NCBI RefSeq assembly: GCF_006345805.1
Contig: NC_043000.1
Location: 119,102,001-119,166,000, forward strand
Length of the DNA stretch: 64,000 nt
Origin: Octopus sinensis
Taxonomy: Eukaryota
Reading direction: 5' to 3'
Every line of letters begins with the position of its first letter. Positions within the stretch are counted from its first letter, which is position 1. Made by a program: the position numbers and the translations under genes. Shown here piece after piece: positions 1-9,373 of the stretch. The notes under the pieces are model-generated. The model was given only the letters and a program-made list of their open reading frames with translations. It was not told where the DNA came from and did no database searches.

Positions 1-780
1 TATTCTCCGTGGATATGGTACATTTATAGATTACATTATTTTCCCCACATAGACCAGGTGCCGGGCATTTTGATTTTATTCTACACTTACACACAGGAGG
101 AGCAACTTCAGGCTTTGGATTATTCTTGGGTAGATGTCTTAAGTTCCTATTATTTTGATTATCATTTCTATAGTTGGTGCTGATATCTAAAGTATTGCTA
201 TTATTTATTGATCCTTCAGCTTCATCATTTAGGTTTAAAGCCCTACCATGATTTCTTATATTATTGGTAATGTTACTATTATTGTTAGTCTTTTTTTCCG
301 ACTGCATATTGCTGTTATAAATATCACTGATATTTTCATTCTCCTTATTTTCTCCATTAGCCTTATATCTATTATTTCTATTATTAACATTATTACTTCT
401 ATTAATATCGGCATTGTTATTATTACTATTAATGTTAATGTTATTAGTCATTCTGTGGTTACTAATTTCACCTATGTTTTGATAGTTGCTATTGTTGTTT
501 TTATTGTTGGTAGTATTATTATAATTGCTATTGGTATTCATGCTGATATTATTATTTTTATTTCTATCTTTCCTGGCTAGTTTAATGTTTTTATTATTAA
601 TCTTAGCTATTAAAGTGGACATATTTGGGAGGGTTGAATAAGAAATCCTAACTGTTTTCCTAGATATAATTCTATGATATCTATGAGAGATAGGGAAATT
701 TTTTTCCAGAATTACTTTGAATTTGTTCTATATATCCGATTGTATCGCACAGTTGAAAGGGATATTCAGCCATAATATAT
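1..780 (-). mobile_element. Penelope-like retroelement relic (RT C-terminus into GIY-YIG region)
   Basis: The minus strand translates to WLNIPFN...EKNFPISHRYHRII..RKTVRISYSTLPNM and CKCRIKSKCPAPGLCGENNVIYKC, which is typical Penelope RT thumb and pre-GIY-YIG sequence. It is homologous to 18900-19100. Confidence 0.7.
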
Positions 781-786
781 CTTTTT

Positions 787-850
<64 letters not shown>
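787..850. repeat. (TA)n microsatellite
   Basis: Direct reading. Confidence 0.95.
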
Positions 851-953
851 CAGAGTAACCACAACAATGCGAGACAGGATCGGGAAAATAGTACCCGAAT
901 ACCGGAGGTAGAGTAATATGCTTTATTAAAAAAGCAGCAAAAATATCACAAAG

Positions 954-993
954 ACTGTTATTCAGAGTTTCACGTACCCGTTCTTCGGACAGT
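954..993 (-). ncRNA. Minimal type I hammerhead-like motif, U4C core (family A), degenerate stem III
   Basis: Minus strand reads ACTGT CCGAAGA ACG-GGTA-CGT GAAA CTCTGAA TA ACAGT. Stems I and II pair. It lies in a dispersed Penelope-like terminal segment (about 851-1270). Confidence 0.45.
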
Positions 994-1611
994 TTTGTTT
1001 AGAATGGAACAAAATAAGGATATTTGCATACATATACAATTACTGTTGAACATGGTTTTTGTTTCGTTGGTCCTTTGAACTAACAGTCTTTTCAATAAAC
1101 GGTTGCATGAAATTACAATTGCGGTTGAAAATCATATTATTATAATATTCGAAGAAAACCTTAAATCAAAGAAGATTATGTAGAAGGAAGAAGCCCTGAT
1201 TACCCAGGGTAAGTAATTCGTGGCAAAAAAATAGTAAATTTAAATAAATTATATCAATGAAAAGATATAAACGTTTAAAAAACTTTCACAAAGAAATAAC
1301 ATCCTGAAATACATATACATTTAGCAATACATACACATACCAAACAACCTATATAGACATACATTATATACACTAAATATACAGGCGTTGGTACCTGACT
1401 GCATACATATACAGACAAATATAGGCTATACATAAATATATACAAATGCATAAACACACACGCACATAATACCTTAGTAGACAGAGGCGAGAGAACGAAA
1501 ACGAAATGAAACTCAGAGAATAACAAGTGGTGAGAGAAAGAAAAAGGAAAAGAAGAAAAGAAATAAAAGAAAAAGAAACAAAATTAGAAAGAGAAAATAG
1601 ATAGACAGTCT

Positions 1612-2108
1612 TTGTGCATCTCCTGGCGAAGAGTTATTGTGGAAACTGGGTTTACGAGGTGGTCTTTAAGCTCTGCAATAATTTTGGGAGCTGTACTTTT
1701 GTGATCCTTCCTAACAATTCGCATAAGAATCCGCCGGTCCCTATCTGAAAATTTTGGTTTTCTTTCGGAGTTCTGTTTCAACGAGGAGGTTTTTCCCTCT
1801 TTCTCAAAGGCTGTGATTACTTTCGAGACAGTACACCAAACATTTCGGCTGTTTTCGTTACGCCAGCGCCTGCCATACGAGCACCAACAATTTGAACTCT
1901 TTGAAAGACCGATAGATCGGTCATTTTAATGAATTTTAATTATCTTTTTCTGATGATATCTGAAAAAAAACCAGGAATTTTAGCAAAACATTAAGCAACA
2001 CTAATAATAAATATATAAATAAACATAAAGATAAACAAGCTTTTGACGGTTTTATAGATATTTCAAAATTATGATGCTAGGTGTTTCCATTATTTTGACC
2101 AACCCCTG
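1612..2108 (-). mobile_element. Tc1-like DNA transposon, 5' fragment (TIR plus HTH domain)
   Basis: TIR-like end CAGGGGTTGGTCAAAATAATGGAAACACC. Translates to ...KTSSLKQNSERKPKFSDRDRRILMRIVRKDHKSTAPKIIAEL. Confidence 0.8.
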
Positions 2109-2184
2109 TGTATGCATTTGTATATATTTATGTTTTACCCATATGTGTCTGAATATGTATGTAGCCATATGCCAATGCATGTAT

Positions 2185-2552
2185 ATTTCTTGGCTTTCCG
2201 TCGGTTATGACGACGAGGGTTCCAGTTGATCCGATTAACGGAACAGCCTGGTCGTGAACTTAACGTGCATGTATCTGAGCACTCCACAGAAACGTGTACC
2301 CTTGACGTAGTTCTCGGGGAGATTCAACGTGACACAATGTGTGACAAGGCTGGCCCTTTGAAATACAGGTACAACAGAAACAGGGAGAAGGAGTGAATGG
2401 TATTGTGAAAGAGTACAGTAGGGTTCGCCACCACCCGCTGCCGGAGCCTCGTGGCGCTTCAGGTGTTTTCACTCAATAAATACTCACAACGCCCGGTCTG
2501 GGAATCGAACCCGTAAGTTTGCCACCCTAATCACTGGGCCATTGCGCCTCCA
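2185..2552 (-). mobile_element. tRNA-derived SINE
   Basis: Head GGAGGCGCAATGGCCCAGTG...GGTTCGATTCCC carries A/B boxes. The head is homologous to 33083-33390; a duplicate lies at 21635-21998. Confidence 0.75.
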
Positions 2553-3448
2553 CGATGAATGTAAATAACAGAAAGAGATTGCTGTTTTCTGATGGTGCAT
2601 TGTTTGAGGATAATAGAATGGACATTGTCCACTCGAAGCGACCAGATTTAACTAGTGTATGTTGTGAGATACTTCATACACGCGAAGCAAAGAAGGTGGT
2701 TTCCTCTGCGGGTATACTGCTTCTTGAACCATCGTCATTGTAAAGTTGCATGAAGAAAGTTTCTATAAAGTTTGCAGAAATAAGTTTAGTAAGTGACCAA
2801 CTTTAAGTCTAAGACTCACGAGGGCTTTCAACCGGTGCGAGTTACGGACCTACCCGTTGCAGTTCCAAAGATGGTCTTACAGGTGTTGCAGTACCGCGTG
2901 CAGCGTGTAGTGCTAGCGATTTTTCTCCAGGTGTGGGGTTCTGTGTTCTTTACATGAATTGTTGCAGGGCATCTATTATCGAACTACTTGTAGGATTGAG
3001 GTCATGTTTACATGTGGATTGCTTTCAATCTCATGCCTACCTATTTCTCATCACTCACAGGTAAAGTACATTTATTGCCAGGGATAACTGGTATGAGAAC
3101 CGATGGAGCTATAATCAGTTAGCTGACATGAAATGTTATTGTTTGCAGAAGGTGGGTGTGGTGTAGATCTAAGTCATAGCTGAGCATGCGCGGACTAGTT
3201 ACGCTAAAGCAATCGTTGGATGACCCTCCAAGTGCATAGATGTGAAGTGAGATAAACACTTTCGAAGCAGGAAGAAATACAGTCGAAAATTGGTAGCTTA
3301 AGTTCACAGAGTGCTTGAGGTAATATATACCTTGTAGGAGGGCGAAGAAATAAAGTCTGAGTCAGTTAAGTGGAAGTCCTTGTTGCCGATGTCCAAGGGA
3401 ATGTGTGAGTGTAAATGAATGAAATCAGTATAGTTACAGGCAACTTTA

Positions 3449-3662
3449 GGCAGCTAGCTGGCAGAATTGTTAGCATGCCGAACAAAATGCTCAGCGACAT
3501 TTCGTCTGTCTTTATGATCTGAGTTCAAATTCCGCCGAGGTTGACTGCCTGTTATCCTTTCGGAGTCGCTAAATTGAGTACCAGTTGAGCAGTGGGATCG
3601 ATGTAATCGACTTACCCCTTCCACCGGAGTTTGCTGGCTTGTGCCAAAATTTGAAATCACTA
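3449..3662 (+). mobile_element. SINE with Meta-like core domain
   Basis: Contains GAGTTCAAATTCCGCCGAGGTTGAC...CCTTTCGGAGTCG..AAATTGAGTACCAG. There are many copies in the window (about 7040, 9905-10095, 11065-11290, 16483-16700, 22890-23100, 50500-50630, 51400-51530, 54470-54650, 55150-55450). Confidence 0.7.
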
Positions 3663-4309
3663 TAGTTTTGGGCAGCACTTTCTGGAGTGAGCTTTGAGTA
3701 AAGAGTCTAATCTGGACCTCGAAACTAATCTATTGATAAAGACGAAAATATTCGCGCCTTGAGAAGATCAGAATGTATGATATGCTAGCCTGTTAAGAAG
3801 TGATGTACAACGTTGAGGTTGGATCGGAATACAGGGATGTTAGAGAAGCGGGGGAGGTAATTGTCTAGAATATTTAGCGTTAGTTTTTGACATCTTGGGA
3901 AGTATAGACGGGAAGTTATGACAATCTCCAGTCACGAACCTGTTCCATACGCTTGCAACAGCGAACTACACTAAAGTCTACTAAATAGAAGAGACCACGT
4001 CTAACACCCCAAAGAATTTGTAATTTTAATCGCAGAAGAAATAAATAAATATATACTGTGATCGTTTTTTTTAGTCGAATGTAATGCACTCAAATTACTC
4101 TACAAATATTCTTGGTAAAGCCTGAAAGGCCCGCAGTTCCACCGATCTGTATTCGTGGCCTTGAGGTGGGAAACTTTTGCTGCGTAAGTGAGGCGACATA
4201 GAATCGGTAGGGAATGGAAACGTGGAAAGTAATTGCAGCGTGGAAGGTGTTTATAAGCCATTTAAGAAACACACACAAACCGTTAGATTCACTTCAACAT
4301 TAAATTTAT

Positions 4310-4360
4310 TTTGCCAAAATATTTTCATCGCTTTCAGACCGCGACCTGATCACTGACAAA
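4310..4360 (-). ncRNA. Type I hammerhead-like motif with G3-C8 swapped core (family C)
   Basis: TTTGTCA GTGATCA G GTCGC-GGTCTGAAA-GCGAT GAAA ATATT T TGGCAAA. Confidence 0.55.
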
Positions 4361-4379
4361 ATTCCATGCTGTACGGAAT

Positions 4380-4430
4380 TTTGTCAGTGATCAGTTTGCG
4401 GTCTCAAAGCGACGAAAATATTTTGGCAAA
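4380..4430 (+). ncRNA. Family C hammerhead-like motif, stem II damaged
   Basis: TTTGTCA GTGATCA G TTTGC-GGTCTCAAA-GCGAC GAAA ATATT T TGGCAAA. Confidence 0.4.
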
Positions 4431-4684
4431 ATAAATTTAAATGTTGAAGTGAATCTTACTGTTTTTGTGTTTCCTAAATGACTTATAAACACCTTCCACG
4501 CTACAGTTGTTTTCATTCTAGCACACGATCTTAGATCAGGTCACTTGCTATGCAAGTACATCTCCGTGATTTAGAAAGTGTTTTCTGTTATTAAAACGTC
4601 CTTGTGAAGCATGACATTGCATTCTACATTCACTCTCACATTCACAAAAACTTGTTACCGAAAAAAAAAAACTCGTCAAACGCC

Positions 4685-4917
4685 TGCTCTCTTTCTTTCT
4701 TTATTTCTTTCTTTCTTTCTTTCTTTATTTCTTTCTTTCTTTCTTTCTTCTTTTATTTTTTCTTTCTGTCTTCCTTTCTTTTTTCTTCCTTTCTTTTTTC
4801 TTCCTTTCTTTTTTCTTTGTTTCTTTCTTCCTTTCGATCATTCTTCCTTTCCTTTTTCTTTCTTTCGTTCTTTCTTTCTTTCTTTCGTTCTTTCTTTCTT
4901 TCTTTCTTTCTTTCTTT
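4685..4917. repeat. (CTTT)n polypyrimidine tract just upstream of the chitin deacetylase 1 promoter
   Basis: Direct reading. Confidence 0.9.
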
Positions 4918-4961
4918 ACAATAAGGCTTGTCCCACTGCATAGACGATGTGAGAGAATGAT

Positions 4962-5043
4962 GGGCGGAATTTTTTAAAAAGTTATACGTAACCTCCCCAT
5001 TAATAGTCATTGTGGTTCGTTCTATGTTACAAAGTGTATAAAA
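4962..5043 (+). promoter_or_regulatory. Putative core promoter: GC box (GGGCGG 4962-4967) and TATA box (TATAAAA 5037-5043)
   Basis: Both motifs lie upstream of ATG 5163 in a segment conserved in the paralog (GC box 54060-54065, TTTAAAA about 53975-53981). Confidence 0.5.
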
Positions 5044-5162
5044 GCAATAAAGAAATCAAGCAATTTCAGTCGCAGCCTAAACTTCAGACTTTATGCATAA
5101 CACTTTAATCAATATATATATATATATATATATACATTTATATTGACAAAGAGTTCATCGAA

Positions 5163-5928
5163 ATGGGCTTTCAAGGTTTTTACCTGAAACGCCAACACAC
5201 ATTTTGGCTGCCATTAATTTTGCTCCATGTCTTATTTATTATTCCATCATATTCTCAGGAAAGCTGTACAAAAGACGGTGAATATAAGTGCCATGAAACA
5301 GACGATTCCAAATTCTATCATTGTACAGGACCTAAACACGGCATATTGAAAAATTGTGGTAAAGGACTAGAATTCAATCCACAGTATAACGTCTGTGACT
5401 GGGAAGTCGATGGCGATGGCTATTGCAAATCAGATAGAGATCAGTCAAAAACCACCCATGATGTTGGAGCTACTACCAAATCACCTACAAAGTCTGTAGT
5501 TACCACTCACAGTGTTCCTTTCAAGCGAAGTTCAACACTCAGTAAAATTTTGTCAACCACTACTTCTAAACCATCAACTCATTCTCAAACTACTTCTAAA
5601 CCATCAACTCAATCTCAAACTACTTCTAAACCATCAACTCATCCTCAAACTACTTCTAAACCATCAACTCATTCTCAAACTACTTCTAAACCATCAAATT
5701 CTCTGAATAGCTGTAGAAAAAGCAATGAATATAAGTGCCATGAAACAAACAATTACCAATTCTATCTTTGTACGGGATTTGAAACAGGCGCATTAAAAAC
5801 TTGTCCTGAAGGATCTCATTTCAATCCAGTAGCTAGCATCTGTACCTGTTCAAATATTCCAAACGCTGTCAAGTGCCACAACCAGGATGATCAGTCAAAA
5901 ACCACTACTTCTAAACCCCAACTCACTG
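5163..5928 (+). CDS. Chitin deacetylase paralog 1, exon 1: signal peptide, CBM14 #1 (5265-5426), Ser/Thr mucin-like linker, CBM14 #2 (5712-5876)
   Basis: Hydrophobic N-terminus ending PSYS/QES and two 6-Cys peritrophin-A type domains. The phase-1 donor G|GTAAGT at 5928/5929 joins in frame to the acceptor at 7810/7811. Confidence 0.9.
5559..5697 (+). repeat. Coding 30-bp tandem repeat (about 4.6 copies; TTSKPSTHSQ)
   Basis: Unit ACTACTTCTAAACCATCAACTCATTCTCAA. Confidence 0.95.
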
Positions 5929-7810
5929 GTAAGTAATATATTTTCAAGAATTTTATGTACCAAATCTCTTCTTTCAGTGATATTTTTATCTCTTGCCACA
6001 GTAGTAACTCAATAAGAAATAAGTGGTCTCTGATTGTCGAACTAGAGTTATATATAATCCAGTTTACAACACTCTGAATTTGGTATTTATTCAAAACTGC
6101 TGTTCTTTCTCTTATCTTTTAAGCTTAAAATATTTCCTATTCTAAGCAGTCATTTATCGATTTTATGTTGCTTCTTACGAACGACCATTTCTTAAAATAT
6201 TAAACGGCGTAAAACATGAGTTTATATCCGAAATTGTAATTCACCACCTGTTAACGATCTTGTGTACAAGTTTGATAGATTATTTTAGATAAGAGGTATT
6301 GTATATAGTATAGGATATAGTCATTTTAACTACTATATTTCATACTGAAAAGGTGACTTTGGACTCAATTCTCGGACTGTGTTGCGGGTTGGGTTTTTGA
6401 ATAGGGTATTTTATCTCCTGTTGCTCCAGTAAACTCTGATAATCAGGATCAACATAGTTTTGAGTCATAAAATAATGAGAGTAATTGGCGATAAAATGAG
6501 TAATACTGTCACAACTGGAAGTGACGAGGGCGGAAACCCAAAATGAAAGTATATTCTGTAATATTCTGCATAGATAACAAAAAAAAAACGCCACTGAAGC
6601 AATGACATAGAAGAGATTTAAACTAGAAAATAAATTAAACTTGAAAACAATGTTTGCAAGAAATTTTTCTTTATAAGCAAAACATGTCATATGAAATCAG
6701 ATTCGTGAATGACAGTTCATGGTTTCCGAATATACTTCTCCAAAAACACCCCTGCAGATACGATGAATATAAAGCACAGCCCATTCTGCATTGTCGCCTT
6801 GGCTGTTTTTGTTTATTGGCGAGCACCCATCTCACTTCGATTGTTTAAACATTCAAATAACGGGATAAAATGGAGATTTAAGTTTTGTATTCCACAAACA
6901 TCAGCTCAAGTGGTCTGTGTAATATACATTGTCTGATATGAATGCGTCAGATAGGTTAAGTTTAGTTAAGAGCCATTCAACTAAAATGAGGTATTGTTAA
7001 CATTGGTGGAAATCTCCCCATATTATTACAAAAGAACTGAAGGCGGAGAGCTAGCATATTCGTTAGCGTGTTGGGCTAAATGCTTAGCGGCCTTTCTTGC
7101 GTCTTTATGCTCTGAGTTCAAATTCTGCCAAGGTCTGCTTTGCCTTTCATCCTATCCGGTTTGATAAAATATATACCATTATATTACTGTGTAATATACA
7201 TTGACTGATATAAATGCGTCAGATAGCTTAAGTTTAGTTAATAACCATTCAGCTAAAATGAAGTATAGTTAACGTTGATGGAAATCTCTCTACGATATTA
7301 GAAAAGAACTGCGTTCACTGATATTCCTCGATAAGCAAGCCATGGAGTCGCTTTAACAGCGGCGTTCACCGGGTGTATTTCTATGCATAACATACACGTT
7401 CAGATCTATGTATTTTCACGAAGAATTTCAGTGATCTTTGAAATTATTAATTTATAGTGTTATATAATTATTTATTTTTCTCCGATAGCAATAATCGTAT
7501 AAATGGTTATGTTTACAAGATAACTGCATCATTCTGCTCTCTGTTGATGAACAACCTTCCAAAATCCCCACGACAAATGAAATTTTTGTGCCGTGTTCTC
7601 TGATTCCACAGATTTTCCCTATTGTTTGTATAATTGCATTTTTACACCCGTATCAATGGTTGGAACTCCTGTTTCGTTTTTTATTATTGTAGACCAATAG
7701 CTCTAGGCCTCATTCCATATAAGAGTTAGTTAGCAGATGTGTGTTCGTATCCATTAAAAAAAAAAAACTTTCATCTTTTGGTTTGATTTTATGGTTTTTT
7801 TACTTTGCAG
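5929..7810 (+). other. Phase-1 GT-AG intron of chitin deacetylase paralog 1
   Basis: GTAAGT...TTTTTACTTTGCAG. The spliced CDS is 1710 nt (569 aa plus stop), and the intron position is identical in the paralog. Confidence 0.9.
6916..7311 (+). repeat. 124-bp direct repeats (6916-7039, 7188-7311) flanking a SINE fragment
   Basis: TGTGTAATATACATTG...AAAAGAACTG occurs on both sides. The same structure is in the paralog intron (about 50365-50755). Confidence 0.85.
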
Positions 7811-8754
7811 GTCCCTGTCAACCAGAACGTTGCAAGCTACCGAAATGTAAATGTCCTGGGCCGGAAATTCCAGGCTCCCTTCCAACAAATGCAACTCCGC
7901 AGATAATTCTATTGACTTTTGACGACGGAATTTACTGGCAAACTTTCGATTATTACAGAAATTTGTTTAGCATGAACCTAACCAATCCAAACGGCTGTCC
8001 TGTTGGAGCAACGTTTTACGTGTCCGACAGCAAATATTCTGATCCTGCTCTCGTGAAAGAATTATATGACCTAAAGCATGAAATAGCTACTCACACCCAA
8101 ACGCATAGACTCCCATCTACATACTGGAATAATGCTAATTCCAGTGATTATTATCGAGAAATTGTTGGCATGAAAAACTGGCTTAGTGAAAAGGCCAGTA
8201 TTCCAAAAGAAAAAATTGTAGGATATCGTTCACCGTATCTTGAACAAGGGGGCGACACCCAGTTCGGAACTTTGAAACTTAATGAATTTCTCTACGATAC
8301 TTCGATGGTAACAGGTTCATTTTCTAATACTACATTGAAACCAATATGGCCCTTTACACTTGATTACCCGGTTATCAAAAAATATTGCCAACTTAGAGTC
8401 TGCCCAAAGAACTCATATCCAGGATTTTGGGAATTCCCTCTTAATCGTTGGTACAATGAAGCAGGAGATTCTTTTTCAATGACTGATGAAAATAGAGTTC
8501 CTCAAAACTCAAAGGATGTTATAAGTTACTTGAAATACAACTTTAATCGCCATTACAAAAGAAATAAGGCACCTTTCGGCATATTTTTGCATATGCCATG
8601 GCTTATGAAGAATTTAGCTGCATTGCAGACATTTTTGAAAGAAGTTGCCCTCAATAACGATGTATGGATTGTGACTGTGTCTCAAGCTTTGCAATGGATT
8701 CAGAATCCAGTACCATTGGACAAAATTTCTAAATTCAAGAATTGGAAATGTTAA
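7811..8754 (+). CDS. Chitin deacetylase paralog 1, exon 2: CE4 (polysaccharide deacetylase) catalytic domain, arthropod CDA-like
   Basis: Motifs TFDDG, HEIATHTQTH, GYRSPYL, YDTSM and PFGIFLH are present, with a Cys-rich N-terminal CQPERCKLPKCKC. Stop is TAA 8752-8754. Confidence 0.92.
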
Positions 8755-9318
8755 TTAAATAACTGAGAAGGAGAAACAAACAAGATGATGGGTATTTTTC
8801 GATTGAAAATTTAAACTATTTAAAATGTCACTTATTGTTCTCGGAATTTTGCCATTCTTTGGGTGTTTTTTAATAGTTTGCTCTTCATCAATCTTTTACA
8901 TATTTTCTTATTTCCCTTTATGAAGTTTTATCGCTTAACTGAATAAATTACGTAGAAATACGTAGAAATGTATTACTACCACTCTTAAGAAATCAATTGA
9001 AAATTTTTAAAGCTTTGCTAAGTAATCTTATTAAAATATGCCATTATAAAATTATGAATTGCTTAATTTTTATTACAAACTCGTATGAAATTTGAAAATA
9101 TTTTATATCTTATATATATTAGATGAAATACGAATTAAGACTGAATTTCTAGTAGATTTATACAGTTCATTATGTAAATATACTTCGCTTCAATAAAACG
9201 AGGTTTATAAATGACTACAATTGCCTTCAAACTTTGCTTTTCTGACCTGAACATCAATGTTTTGAAACTGACCAATTTTCCATTACATTTCTACTTGGTA
9301 GACGGAAAATGAAAGGTT

Positions 9319-9324
<6 letters not shown>

Positions 9325-9371
<47 letters not shown>

Positions 9372-9373
9372 GT
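9325..9373. repeat. (TG)n microsatellite
   Basis: Direct reading. Confidence 0.9.

Larger units (their letters stand above)
4231..4509. mobile_element. About 280-bp palindromic (fold-back) element with a hammerhead-like motif in each arm
   Basis: Arms AATTGCAGCGTGGAAGG...CTGACAAAATTCC / GGAATTTTGTCAG...CCTTCCACGCTACAGTT. Further copies at 14936-15207 and about 23682-23960. Confidence 0.85.
851..4577 (+). repeat. Segmental duplication, copy A (about 3.7 kb; copy B at 20311..24030)
   Basis: Colinear and near-identical to 20311-24030, with the same nested Tc1, SINE and palindrome elements. Confidence 0.95.

Noticed and set aside
248-580. Hydrophobic 110-aa ORF resembling a membrane protein
   Set aside because: It is the antisense reading of an AT-rich Penelope relic and has no domain features.
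7741-7810. N-terminal MFVSIKK... of ORF 7741..8754 as the start of a single-exon gene
   Set aside because: It lies in the polypyrimidine tract and acceptor of the intron, and in-phase splicing to exon 1 is conserved in both paralogs.
7811-8754. Bacterial or fungal polysaccharide deacetylase acquired by horizontal transfer
   Set aside because: The Cys-rich arthropod-type CDA features, the CBM14 partner exon and a spliceosomal intron fit a native animal gene.
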